Source: Eledone cirrhosa
Lineage: Eukaryota
Direction: 5' to 3'
DNA length: 64,000 bases
Assembly (NCBI GenBank): GCA_964016885.1
Contig: OZ024740.1
Coordinates: forward strand, 398,350,001-398,414,000
Positions 38,901-51,652 of the stretch are shown here, one piece after another; position 1 is the first letter of the stretch, and each line of letters begins with the position of its first letter. Made by a program: the position numbers and the translations under genes. Under the pieces are notes generated by a model that saw nothing but the letters and a program-made list of their open reading frames with translations, did no database searches and had not been told where the DNA came from.

Positions 38901-39340
38901 ATCTAGGATGTCATTCCAGTCCCCCGCTAGAAGCAGGGAACGCAACGTTCCCAGAAAAGTCTCCAGACGCTGGAAGAAGTCGGGTCGTTCAGCTCCGAAA
39001 GGGGAGTAGACGACGACCAGTCTCAAGGCCGCACCTTCACTACTGCCAACGTCTAGCACCAACAAACGACCCTCCGGGTCCGAGTGAACAACCTGTACGG
39101 CGAGACCCAGGTTTTTTCCAGCAGTACGACAACCCCACCCCCACCTCCAGGTTGACAGAGAGATGCGTGCACCTCAAAGTCATCGAAGGTAGGAGCCAGC
39201 TGCCGCACGACGCTGATCCGAGTCTCACAGATAACCATTACATTTATACCACGTGACCTGAGGTCATTTAGAAGCTTTGCTTGCTTCCAAGTTGAGCCCA
39301 GGCCACGTGCATTCAAACATCCTACTCTTAACACATCCAT
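35907..39340 (-). pseudogene. ORF2 of copy B2, frameshifted
   Basis: The ORF-track fragments are collinear with the 1135-aa ORF2 of B1. Confidence 0.93.
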
Positions 39341-41282
39341 GTGGGCAACAAAGCCGAAGGAGAGTGTGGAGACCTACCTTTCTGCTTCCCGGGGTTCGGG
39401 TCGCACGACTTCCATGGGGTCGGGGATGTTGGGTGAAGGGTTTTCTTGTGGTGGTGTGGGGTCGTCAGTGTGTGGTGAGGTTGGGGTGTTTGGAGTTGTG
39501 TTGGGGAGGGGAAGGGGAGGGGAAAGCTTTTTAGTAGGACGCGGTTTATGGGTTTGACAGAGGGTGGTCCTACGTCTTCCTTAAAATCCTTTTTTAGTTT
39601 TTGGTAGAGGTTCATTGGGATCTTTATTAATTTTAAATGTGGGTAGTTTTCTGAAGAAACAAAGTTTACCCTTTCGGTTTGTACCGAAGGGTTATTGTTT
39701 ATGAGTTCATTTAATTTATTATTGTTTCTGATGATGTAAGTATAGTGTAATGTCTTTTTTTCGGATGGTGTGAGTGTTTCGAAGGGGGGAGGGGCAGCTT
39801 TGGTTTTGTTTGTTGCTGGAGGGGTGTTTTGTGTTTTGTTGGATTGTGTTGACATTTGGGTAGGGGCTGTTTGGCCTTGTGTATTTTGCACATGTTTCTT
39901 TTTTTCCTTTTAATCTGGCTGAAGGACTCCGTTTCTTCCTCCGAATTCGTTGGGTTATCTTCAGTGTTGGAGGGAAGAGGTATGTTTGCTGGTAATGTTT
40001 CCGTGTTGGTTTTCTTTGTGGGGGAGATGGATGTCACTATGTTTGACTGTGTTGTGTGTTTTGGCTGCGGTGGTTGTGTTGTTTTATTGAATGAGGAGTT
40101 GGGTGGGACTGTGTTTTGTTTTTGGGTAATGTGTTGTGACTGTTTGTGTTATGGTGGTGGTGTAGTTTTACTGAGGGACGGGTTGGGTGGGACTGAGTTT
40201 TGTTGTTTGTTTATCTGTTGTGGTGGTGGTGGAGCTGGTGTTGGTAGCAGAGTTTTCTTCTTGTTGAATTGGGGACAAGCCGCCTTCAGGTGCCCTCTGC
40301 CTGCACATATATGACAGGACGGCCTTCTCCCCTCCACGCTAATGTTTATATACCCGTGGCCCTCTAATAGGATTCTGTCGGGTATTTGGGCAATGCGTTC
40401 AGGCTTCATTTGCACTACAAGTTCTATACCTGTTCCACTGAACGCATTGCCTGTGGTTTTCCCAATGGAAATCACGTTGTCATTCGCTGGATCGATGAAG
40501 CCAGCTATGAGCTAGCAGTAGTCCATATCTGGCATCATTGCATCCAGCCATATGCGCTGAGTTCTTTTACCCATATAAGATGGATAAAAGGTAAAATTTG
40601 TCGAACGAATCGGCGACAAAGCATATTTTTTTGCCGCCGATTCGTTCTTCATAATAATGGCCAGGCTTCCATAGAGCCTGTCTCTTCTTATGAAAGTGGC
40701 TTCATTAAGTACTTCTCTAAGTACCGCTTTAATTTCTGCTTGTGTTGGTTGTTGTGGCTTTTTTGAGATGTTGTTGATGGTGCGGAAAACGACCGTTTGA
40801 CTTTCAATATCTTTGGTGAGTTCTTGGGGCATTTTTACTGACAAGGCTCCATTTTCCCGTTGAGTTATGAATTGTTCGGCGTTTTTTATTCTTTGTGCCA
40901 CATCTGAAATATTTTCAGGTATGTATGTTAAAGATTTTTTTGTTGTTTGTGCAAATGAGATGTTATTGGTGTTCACTTTGTCGTCTGTTTTGCTTTCTAT
41001 TATGATGTTGTTGTTTTCAAATGTTATTTTTGTGTTTGTTGTTTCTTTGTATGTGGTATTAATATTGTCATGCAATTCTTTCATATTTTTTTTGTTGTTG
41101 GAATCAATCTCCAGATTTGTGTTTTCGTCGACATTTTTCTCCGCACATTCGTCTGTTTTTATTTTATTTTTTCTTTCCTTCTCTATGACGTTAGTTGGGA
41201 AGGAAGGGGGGACTAAAGCGTGCGAGCTTACAACTCTTACCGCTGTCCCCCCACCACTATTTTCGTTAGCTTCGTTTAACAT
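39328..41282 (-). pseudogene. ORF1 of copy B2, disrupted
   Basis: MLNEANENSGGG start at 41282; CHICAGRGHLKAAC knuckle; stops at 40512 and 40149; ends PTWMC* overlapping ORF2. Confidence 0.87.
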
Positions 41283-41510
41283 TTCTCCCAGACGATTGAA
41301 ATTTTATGCAACAAAACTTTTAAAAACAGGTTTTTCACCCTGGGAGGGGCGAAAATGAGCTGACCCACCGCCTGACAGTTCAGACGGGGGGGTCAAGCTA
41401 CACAATAGTATCAAAATTTAAATTAAACTTACAAAATTTCCGCAATAAATTGGAACAAAACTTCTGCGCGAAGTGAATTACGTCTACGCTATCGAACAGA
41501 CGACAATTAT

Positions 41511-41583
<73 letters not shown>

Positions 41584-41919
41584 ACATTCTAAATAAATCT
41601 TGCATCAATTTTAAAACAGTTTTGTCATAATGTAGCCTTCGAGTAACAGACGGCAAAGCAGGTTTGAACTCAGAACCTGTATGAAACTGACAGTAAATAA
41701 TTATTTCTTCTATTCTGTCCACTGGGGCTGTGGGGCGGCCAGCGTGTGGGACCCCATTTGCTCATAGTGGTGAGAGATGGGGGAAAGCGAAAGAGACGGA
41801 AGCGATGACAGTGGGAGTTCGGACCCCTGTGTTCAGACCTGGTGTAGGTGTGTGCGCATATTTACTCCTATTCATTAGATATTATAATTTGTCATAATGT
41901 AGCCATCGCAAGATACAAG

Positions 41920-42112
41920 GGCGGTGGATTGGCAGTATTGGTAGAGGGTTGGACGTCATGCTTTGACGCATAGAGTTGCGGCCCTTGCCATTCTGAGTTC
42001 AAATCCCGCCGAGGTTAACTTTGCCTTCCATCCATGCGGGGTCGATAACATAAAGTACCAGTAATTCACTGAGTAATTGCTGGCCTTGTGCCAAAAGTAG
42101 AAACAATTATAT
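41920..42112 (+). mobile_element. tRNA-derived SINE, same family as 8881-9060
   Basis: TGGCAGTATTGG, GAGTTCAAATCC, same core and 3' end. Confidence 0.88.
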
Positions 42113-42913
42113 TCGTGTCTAAAGACCGTTCGTCACTCCAAATGTTAGTACCTAACATAAGCAACCTTGATATAAAAAAGTGAGCTGGCAAGATTTTTCT
42201 TCTCTGGGAAGTGAAAAGAAAGCACCAAAGAGTTAAGATAGATGTGAAAAGAAGAAAGACATATTTTATCTTTTATTTTATTTTATTTTATTTTATTTTA
42301 TTTTATTTTATTTCATTTTATTCTATTTTATTTTAATTCTGTGGTAGGTAGAATCGCAGTGACTTTTTTAATTTTGCTTCGATGATTTTTGTTGTTGCTT
42401 TTTTTTTTAGTTTTTTTCATTTTTCTCTTCTGTTTATTTTTTCTTCGCATTTCTTTTTTCTTTTTGGACAAGAAACATAAATTTAACGAAACTATTAATC
42501 TACTACTGTAGAAGCGCAGATGCTAAAGCTACACTAGAGAAGTACCTGCTGGTGTAGAAATAAAAGCATAAGATAAATTAAACAAATGGGAGCATAAGAG
42601 AAATGAGAGAAAGGGTGGGATAAAGTAAATAAATAATGGAACATATGAAAACGTTCATTTCTAATTTCATCTCGGTAGAGCATCATCACTCTGCACTTGT
42701 ATATGGCGGCGCCAATATTCAACATCTACAATTCAAGAAACAATTAAGACTTGGAAGTGTGTTTGGCAGCGTTCTTAAATATATTTATTTAATCACGATC
42801 CCGTTTCGCAATTAATTTGCACAAAACATACATAGTAAGAGAGCTGAATGTAATGTGTGTGTGTGTGTAGGTATGTATACGCGCGCATTTGTGCATATGA
42901 CGCACACTACATA

Positions 42914-43005
<92 letters not shown>

Positions 43006-43175
43006 TACATATATATATATATATATGATATATATAATATGTATATATATATATATATGTCTGAGTGTGTGTGTGTGTCGTATGCGCAAGTGCGCGCGTA
43101 TACATACCTACACACACACGTGGTATTAAGTTAGACATGGCCTGGGCTAATACTGCCCCAAACCATCAAAGTTGA

Positions 43176-43269
<94 letters not shown>

Positions 43270-43324
43270 TATATATATATATATATATATATATCATATA
43301 TATATATCATATATATATAATATG

Positions 43325-43359
<35 letters not shown>

Positions 43360-43555
43360 CTGTGTCTGTGTGTGTGTGTGTGTGTGTGAGTGTGTGCTTT
43401 TGTCTGTGCGTGTGTCGTATGCGCAAGTATATATAAAGACAGAAAGAGAGGGAGGGAGAGAGATAAGTACTATAATGTTGCCTGCCATATAATCTAGAAT
43501 TTTAGGTATATATTTTTGCCACTGTATGTAACATCAGATAATGATACAGAAGCAA

Positions 43556-43737
43556 GGCAGTATCGGTAGAGGGTCGGACGCCATGCTTTGAAGCATAGAG
43601 TTACCTCCCTGTATGATCTGAGTTCAAATCCAGCCGAGGTTAACTTTGCCTTTCATCCTTACGGAGTCGATAAAATAAAGTACCAGTAATGCACTGGGTA
43701 ATTGCTGGCCTTGTGCCAATAGTAGAAACAATTATAA
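43556..43737 (+). mobile_element. tRNA-derived SINE, same family
   Basis: Near identity to 8881-9060. Confidence 0.88.
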
Positions 43738-43944
43738 TGTTAATTCTTTGAAATTTTACGGGGCTTAGACAAAATAATGAAACAAATTATAATATTGAAA
43801 CGAAAATATTTTCACTAAATAAGTTAAATACATGAATCATTTAAATAATACCAGCCTCTCTATTTTGATATAGGTTCAAAACATTACATAATTTCGCCAT
43901 CGATTACATACTACTATTTGCTTAGTAGGCATCTGACTCGAAAT

Positions 43945-44295
43945 GACTGAGTGCATTTGAAATGCCATGCCATAGGCGTGCACTTAGAATTAGCTGGACA
44001 GCTCACCGAACAAATGAATCTGTCCTGGAAGAGATCGGTGCCAATGGACAGTTGGTTGAAACAGTAAGGAAAAGGAAACTTCGGTATTTTGGTCACGTCA
44101 TCAGAGCTCAAAATTTGACTACCCATATCCTTGAGGGGCGAATACAAGGGAAAAGGACCAGGGGACGGCAGAAAAGGAGATGGATAGAGGATATTAAGGA
44201 ATGGACAGGAAGAAGTTTGGTGGAATGTATGACAAGATGGAGAGTGCTGATCCATGAGTCCATGAGCTCCGACCCTCAGATATGAGGACGGGATG
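43945..44295 (+). mobile_element. RTE-clade LINE 3' fragment
   Basis: AFEMPCHRRALRISW..RTNESVL..RKRKLRYFGHVIR..ILEGRIQGKRTRGRQKRRWIEDIKEWTG is a typical RTE C-terminus. Confidence 0.88.
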
Positions 44296-44524
44296 AGAAA
44301 AAATAGAAGAATTTGCTTAATATCACCCATGGGAAATCCATGGGTGATAAATGTTTTATTTTATAGTTAATTATTTGCGGCAAACCATGTATAGAGGAAT
44401 TACTTGAATAAAATGTTCCTCTTTATCATTAAATAAATAATTCCTTCTAGCATTGGCTCACAGCCACTAATTTGGGGTAAAGGAAAAGTGGAATATAGTG
44501 TCTTCAGTACTTATCCCAAACCTG

Positions 44525-44758
44525 TCAACTCTCCCCGCTCGACAGGGAGATCGCCCACCCACTTTGGGGTGGGTGAGAGATGTCTGTGAAAATGGGTATA
44601 GCTTTCATTATGTAAAATCTCTCATGGTAGTCCCCGTTTGGGTTTTTAGAGGCTGGTAGCTCTGTTACCCTGGAAGGGATGAAAAGCAAAGTTGGCTTCG
44701 CCGTGATTTGAACCCAGTCGTTACTAAATACATCAAAGCATTCTACCGATACTACCAA
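44525..44758 (-). mobile_element. Divergent tRNA-derived SINE
   Basis: Reverse complement TGGTAGTATCGGTAGA...GGGTTCAAATCAC...AACTTTGCTTTTCATCCCTTCC. Confidence 0.6.
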
Positions 44759-44988
44759 AACACAGCTGTTATTTAAAAAATTATAAAATATATATACAAT
44801 TCCATTGTATATAACCTATATACCTATATTGCTACACATCTAACCATGCGCGCACACGAACGCACACATGCATGCGCGCACATGAACGCACACATGCATG
44901 CGCACACACGCACGCGCGCCCATGAACGCACACATGCATGCGCACACACGCACGCGCGCCCACGCACGCGCACACACGCACACACACA

Positions 44989-45064
<76 letters not shown>

Positions 45065-45149
45065 CGTGCGTGTTAGTAGCTCACAGTCACCAAAAATATT
45101 TTCCGTGATCTAAAATTGCTCCACACAATCCCGCGCGCACACACACATA

Positions 45150-46878
45150 TAGGTAATTTCATATCCATAATTCTACTAAACGCAGAGTTTAAGATTTTGG
45201 CCAAAGTGTTAGCGATGAGGCTGGCGCTTGTCGGTAGGTCTGGTGGGGGGGGGGTAAACTTGCCTCATTACGGACAGATCCATCCTCAACAACCTTCACC
45301 TCATGCGATACATCATAGAGAGGGTGGCTAAAGTACCTAGCACGAGAGAGGCCTTTATTAACTTACAGTAGATCAATCGAAAGCTTTCGATAGGGTCGAC
45401 CATCGCTACCTGGCGGTAATCCTCAAGGCAGCCTAGTTCGAAGCTGTTTTCAGGGGCTGGATTGCTGCAATGCACAGCGACATCTGCTCTGTGATTAGAG
45501 TGAACGGTCATTTCAACACCGTGTGCTCGGTCCGCTGAGGTTGTTCCCGTTCGTCACTATTGTATGTATTGAGTCTCCAGTCACTACAGCACAAACTGGA
45601 GGCGTTGAGGGGCTTCCTGCACCAACTAGGGTGTGGGAGATCCGTGCCAGCATTTGCCGACAATGACACCGTACTAGTGTCGAACAACATTCACATTGAG
45701 ATGATCGAAACCGCACTCAGGAAGGACGAAGCGGTAACAGGAGCGAAAATTAACCAGGAAAAGTCAGTGGAATTGCAGTTCGACACCTGGAGAGGCAGGT
45801 CAATGCCGTACAATAGCGTTGTCGGGTGCTGGAGGGACTGACCGGTTAATTACTCGGGGACTGGTTTGGCCCAGACCTCCAAACGGACAAAAACTGGGCT
45901 GAGGTAACGATCCAGGTGTCCACTCACACCCAGAAATGGGCCGAGAGGAAGCTATCCCTGAAAGGTCGGGCGGAAACTGGCGGAAACAAGCGCTCATTTG
46001 TCCTTTGCCAATCAGACATTGCGATCGGTGGAAACTCCACCTTGGTGTTCTATAGAGGGTTAGTGGAGGGCAAAGGTGACGACATCCTTGGAGAAACTCT
46101 GGATGTCGACGAAAGCCAACTAGATACTCTCTTAAGGAGGACTTTCGGTTTAGAGCCAATGGATAACTTCCAGAAATCCTTGGCCTGGCAGTGCTACAGA
46201 GAAGCGTTGCCAGTTCCAGATAAACTTTACAGGCATGGAAGTGCTGTCGGCCGGGCCTGATTCAGATGCGCGTGGGTCGACGGGCTTGCTCTGCACGCAC
46301 TTGTCCAGTGTCCGAGTATTGCTGACTTGTGGGTTTATGTCAAACAGCTGCTGTCGCGTGTAGGACAGATTGGGTTATCAGATGATTCCATCATGAAGAT
46401 TGCCTCGCTGCCCTCCTTTAACCAGGAAGGGCAGGCAGTTTTTATCTCTCTAGTGGCCATGAGGAAAGAGATCGTATGGTGAACGCGAATGAAAGGATTG
46501 ACGACAGGTACTTTCTTTTCTGCGACGCTCTCATTAACTCAAGGTTGAGAGGGACGTGCTGCCTTCTAGACACTTTGTTGAAAGGTGAATGAAAGATGGA
46601 AGAATAGCCGGTGCGAAGGCGCTTGCTCAAGCGGTCAGGGTGGCCGTGTCTTTTGTAGGCTTTCTCCAGGAGTAACCCTCGGTGTCTCCCCACTATTGGG
46701 GATTTTTCCTTTATTTCCATTTTTTTTTTGTTATATCCTTTGTTTTTCTTTCCTCTTGTTTTACACGCAGAAACCCATATTTGTACCGTCTTGTACCGTC
46801 CTGTGCTGTCTTTTGTGTATTTTTTGTAAATTCTTTATGGTTAATAAAGAAAACATTATTATTATTATTATTATTATT
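45150..46878 (+). mobile_element. Older, 5'-truncated and internally deleted Tx1-like element (subfamily C) with an (ATT)n tail
   Basis: LLNAEFKILAKVLAMRL, AFADND, GAKINQEKSV and MDNFQKSLAWQCYREALPV are homologous to A/B ORF2; the 3' end is AATAAAGAAAAC(ATT)n. Confidence 0.9.
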
Positions 46879-47419
46879 GATGTTAGTGTTGCTATTGCTG
46901 TTGTTATGAGATAACTCTTACACCTGCTCAAGTCGAAAGTGTTGAATGACGTAAAACGCATTACTTGATTACAAGTACCACATTTCTTTTCCTTTCCGCT
47001 AACGCTCATTACAAACAATGGTTAAGTTTAAAGTAAACTTTCTTTGCTAAATTTCATCACTTACTGTCGCTGTGTAGCGCGGGTGGAAAGAGTGTGAGAG
47101 ATGGAATAGGTTGGGGAGAAACTGCAAAAGAAATGTAGGAGAAAGTAGTAGATGAGTGAGCAATGTGAAAGAGATAAAAGGGGAAAGAATGAATATCAGA
47201 AAGAATGGGAGATTATATAGTCAGAGATAAATTAAAAACTCGACGTAAGGAACAAGATAGGTAAATAGATGGATAGATAGATAGAGAGAGAGAGAGAAGG
47301 AGAGAGGGAGAGAAGGAGAGAGGGAGAAAGAGAAAGAGAGAGAATGATGCATATATGTATAGAGAAAAGGAAAGTAGAATTGCAAAAGTAAATAATTTCA
47401 CGATGTATATATTTATATA

Positions 47420-47722
47420 TAGTTGGCCCCCAGTATTCGCGGGGGTTGCGTTCTTAGAGCACCCCGACTAGTGAAAAACCGCGAATATTTGACGTGGTCC
47501 ATAAAAATGCATAAAAACGTCAAAACATAACGTAAAATATAGGCCGGCAAATACGGTAGATTGTTATTAATAATTTAGCGTTAAAAAGCGTGAAAAATAT
47601 ATATATTGCCACGAAAAAACCGTAAAAATTCGCAGAAGATATTTACGATTCCGCGAATATTCGGTGGTTTCCACAAACAATTATTAGGTTCTACGGAAAA
47701 TTCCGCGAATACCGGGGGTACA

Positions 47723-47725
<3 letters not shown>
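47420..47725. mobile_element. MITE with Tc1/mariner-pogo (Tigger)-like TIRs
   Basis: TAGTTGGCCCCCAGTATTCGCGG ... CCGCGAATACCGGGGGTACACTA in a TA context; internal CCGCGAAT repeats. Confidence 0.78.
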
Positions 47726-47781
<56 letters not shown>

Positions 47782-47784
<3 letters not shown>

Positions 47785-47830
47785 TTATCGAGCCCTCTTT
47801 GGATTTTAGTCTTTACATTTATTATTGCTA
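47782..47830 (+). mobile_element. Extreme 3' stub of family P3 in (TA)n
   Basis: TCCTTATCGAGCCCTCTTTGGATTTTAGTCTT matches 17589-17620. Confidence 0.75.
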
Positions 47831-47845
47831 TATATATATATATAT

Positions 47846-47886
<41 letters not shown>

Positions 47887-48129
47887 TTATGTATATATAT
47901 GTGTGTGTGTGTGTGATTTGGTTGATTTTAGCAAATTGAAATTTGAGAATATAGTCACCATAAAGTAGATATATTTCTTTATTAGCCACATTAGATAGCT
48001 ATAATATTTGATAACTATAAATAATAGCTGAATAAAATACCGTAAGGTACCCCACGAAACGGGGTGGGGGAAACAAACAGAGGAATCGATCCTTTTAATT
48101 TGTTACTGTAGAAGATAAAAGTTGAAGAT

Positions 48130-48860
48130 ACTACACAAGTTGCGCTGTGGCCCACTTAAGGGCATTCTGCTGCAGGTAGTAACGAAGGGGAGAAGGTGCA
48201 TACATTTGCCAACGCCACAAATGCAGGGACCAGATCCCTAAAAGAGGATAACCACAGCAGCAACAATGGTGACTGACTGCAACAACAGCAGCAGCAACAA
48301 CAACCCTAACAACTGCAGCAATAACCGCGGCAACAACAGCAGCAGCAACAACAAACACAACAAAACCAACAGCAGAAAAAACATTGCCAACATCAACAAC
48401 AAAGTTCGATAACAACTAGACAACAGCTCATGATATGCCTCTCCCCCACCTCAGTTTCTCTTGGACATGTCATTGATAAAAAAAATTGAAGGGAGGTGAG
48501 AAGGAAAAAAGATCAAGCCGTGTCCATGCATAAAGCTGACAGAAGAAAACTAAAAACTACAAGTCTGGCAACAACATCAACACCAACAATAACATCTCCA
48601 CCATCACCACTATCATGACCACAAGCACAGACACCACAAGCACTGTGAACCCCACAACAATCGCAAATATAATCCAACTCACAGCCACACTAATAAGAAC
48701 AAAAAAAATATCAACTACAAGCTACATGGGATTAATAAACAACATACATAAGCACACAAACATAACCTCTACATCATACAGCGGCCGAATTAGTGAATTA
48801 GTTAAGCAATCATTGACAGAGGCAGTCATCAACAAAAATGGTGGTTCACCATGAAATAGC
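48130..48860 (+). pseudogene. Highly decayed Tx1-like ORF1/ORF2 remnant
   Basis: YSGRISELVKQSLTEAVINK matches ORF2 YSRRISTLVKQHLTGAIVNN; upstream CAA-rich tract and EGRR-/DMPLP-like ORF1 motifs. Confidence 0.6.
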
Positions 48861-49329
48861 GATAGAGAAACTTAGAAGTGCTTTTTAGGTCAGGTTGTCT
48901 CAAGCCTAAACCACATGATTAAACTGCTGTAAACAGCAGTAATAGATTTTCTATATATACATATGTATAAAAGCTTTATAGAAGGAAATGTTTTTTTTTG
49001 TTATAAGTGCCTTTCGAAACGTCATTTGTGTGCAATTGTATGAATCAATATAAAAAAAAAACACATCATATATTGCATATTTACTAACAGGTGACTTACT
49101 TTATGTACAGTACTTGCCACTAGAATGGCTGAAAATTGACCTGTCTTATCCTGCCTGCTAGTAGGAGGGTAAGTAGAAAATTATCCATACTTTCACCATA
49201 ACATATCTTTAGGTTTGCCACACTGCCTTTTATTTGATATTATTGTGGTCACTTGATCGAAGTTTGAGTTGATCACGCCAGTTTTATTGCTGCTGTTAGT
49301 GTAAATATGACCGCTTTGCTAGCATTGTG

Positions 49330-50026
49330 GACCAGGATGTTTCCACTCAATACTCTGTCTTTTGGATTCTGGCTCATAGTGATGGACCCACTTTTCATCT
49401 CCTGTGACTATTCTGCTCAAAATGTCTTCGCCTTCATTGTTCTAACAGTCAAGTAAACGTTGGCAGGCCTCAACACGTTCACGTCTGTGCTCTGTGGTAA
49501 GCTTTGTTGGCACCCATCTTGCACAGACTTTATGGAAGCCGAGGTCGTCGTGGATGATTTAATAGGCAGGACCATAACTAATCTGCAGAGAACGTATTAC
49601 CTCATCGATGATAACTCGCCGGTTCGCCATTACCATCTCTCGAGCTTGCTGAATCTTCTCGTCAGTAGTGGAGGTCATCGGGCATCCTGCTTCATGCATC
49701 ACGCTTGTCTGGCCACTTGAACTTCTCGATCCACTCCTACGCACTTCTAAGTGGTAGTGTACTGTCGCCGCATTGTGTTAAAAGCCTCCGATAAATTTCA
49801 GCCCTTGACACACCTTCCGCTCTTTGTTCCTCCTTGGTGCACACTGCTAGCGGAGCAGTCATGGTTACACTGTAACAGCAGCAAGAAAACTGGCGTGATC
49901 AAGCTCAAATTCCGATCACGTAACCACATTAGTACCAACTATAAGTACGCATGAGCAGAAGGTAGTGTGACAAACCTAAAGATATGTTATGTTAAAAGTG
50001 CGGATAATTTTTGACTTAGCCTCGTA
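49330..50026 (-). mobile_element. Mariner transposon 5' fragment
   Basis: Minus strand gives VCARWVPTKL and ILSRIVTGDEKWVHHYEPESKRQSIEWKH; TIR-like TACGAGGCTAAGTCAAAAATTATCCG at about 50001-50026. Confidence 0.85.
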
Positions 50027-50139
50027 TAATTTCATTCACAAGAAGGATGTATTATAGGAATATAAATTCATATCAGTATTTGGCTGGTATTTCTATGTTA
50101 TCGACCTCGTAAGGATAAAAGTTGACATACGGCGTTTCT

Positions 50140-50285
50140 CGAGCATGCTACTTTTTTATCGACCTTAAAAGGATGAAAGGCAAATTTGACCTCGGTGGGA
50201 TTTGAACTCAGTGAGTAGAGAGTCGGAACGAATACTACAAAGCATTCCATCCGACGTTCTAACGACTCTGACAAACCACCGCCTA
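50140..50285 (-). mobile_element. tRNA-derived SINE (same core)
   Basis: TTTTATCGACCTTAAAAGGATGAAAGGCAAATTTGACCTCGGTGGGATTTGAACTC. Confidence 0.82.
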
Positions 50286-50644
50286 TCCGTAATTAATTTC
50301 ATAAGCTAAGAGAATGTAATAATCAGACACGGTTTTATCTAGCTTTAGATAGCTAAATAAAGGCAATCATTTTTAGACTATGAACTCAAAGGTTCAGAGT
50401 TTGCTCTCTTGCATTTACCTTCTTTTCTCTTCGCTTTCTGTTTTTCTTTTTGTCATTATGATATTAGAAATGTATTATAAATAAAGCTCTACTGGGTTAT
50501 TGTGTTTCAAATACATTTACCAGTTATAAGAATCCCTTTAAGACACTCAGTTGTTATTGCTTGGTTCTCAGCTCAGCTATTATCGCGCAGACTTGTGAAT
50601 GTAGGCATCCTATCCGTGACTATCCCGGCTATTTTAAGCCGGTT

Positions 50645-51435
50645 AAATACGATATTGCTGCACTTGCAGAGAGCAAAGCTGACCTGCAAATCATTGTGAA
50701 CAATATCAATGTCGAAGCAGGAAGCTTAGGTCTCAATATCAGTGCCAAGAAGACCAAAAGCATGTTATCTGGGACACACCCACCACCAACCAGTGTCTTC
50801 ATTGAACAGGGGGAGGTGGTGATAGTGGACAACTTCACCTACCTAGGAAGCTCCATTAACAATGAGGGCACCATGGACAGTGAACTGCAATGTAGAATGG
50901 GAACGGCTTCAGCAGCATTTAACCAGCTTGACAAGATCTGGAAGAACAGTAAGTTCACCCTCAAAACAAAGATGAGATTCTACAACAGCAACGTGCTGTC
51001 CACACTCTTGTACGGAAGTGAAACATGGCACCTTAAGACCAGCCAAGAGAAGAAGTTGGACGCATTCGATTCCAGATGTCTGCGAAAGATCCTGGGGATT
51101 AAATGGAGTGACCATGTAACAAACGAGGAAGTCAGAAACCGCACCAACCAGCAGCTAGTCTCTTCTACCATCTGCAAGCGACGCCTGGGCTGGTTTGGAC
51201 ACGCTTTGGGACTTCTCCCGGAGAGACTGGCGAACCAAGTACTTAAATGGAACCCGTAGGGAAGCAAACGGAGAGGGCGACTTTAAATGAACTGGCACCA
51301 GACAGTTGAGAGGGACCTGCGAGCGACAAACAGATAATGGCGGGACGCTGTGCAACTGGCTGCTGACCGAACGCGATGGAACACTATGATTGCCTCATGC
51401 GTCGCAAGACGCGGGAGCGTCTGAGTGTGAGTGGG
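50645..51435 (+). mobile_element. RTE-clade LINE, 5'-truncated 3' portion
   Basis: DIAALA..LGLNISAKKTKSM..NFTYLGS..STLLYGSETW..AFDSRCLRKILGIKW..RRLGWFGH; short GAGT-type tail. Confidence 0.9.
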
Positions 51436-51569
51436 TACGATTTGAGAGAAATGTGTCTTCTATTTCTAGCATGCAGAGCGAGCACTTTGTTGGCTCATAA
51501 GAAACCATTAGATCGGAAACGATTTACAACTCCCCTCACCCTCTCTCTTTCCTCCCGCCTCTCTCTCTC

Positions 51570-51652
<83 letters not shown>

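Larger units (their letters stand above)
35692..41507 (-). mobile_element. Tx1/L1-clade non-LTR retrotransposon, subfamily B copy 2 (full-length, disrupted)
   Basis: Highly similar to B1 along its whole length; several frameshifts and stops; (GATA)n at 41510-41583. Confidence 0.95.

Noticed and set aside
24146-41358. Numerous plus-strand ORFs antisense to the retrotransposons
   Set aside because: Shadow ORFs of GC-rich coding sequence with no recognisable motifs; their recurrence only reflects copy similarity.
23944-41583. Interpretation as LTR elements or a telomeric HeT-A/TART-like array
   Set aside because: No LTRs, integrase or protease; the spacers are GATA rather than a telomeric repeat, and ordinary interspersed sequence lies on both sides.
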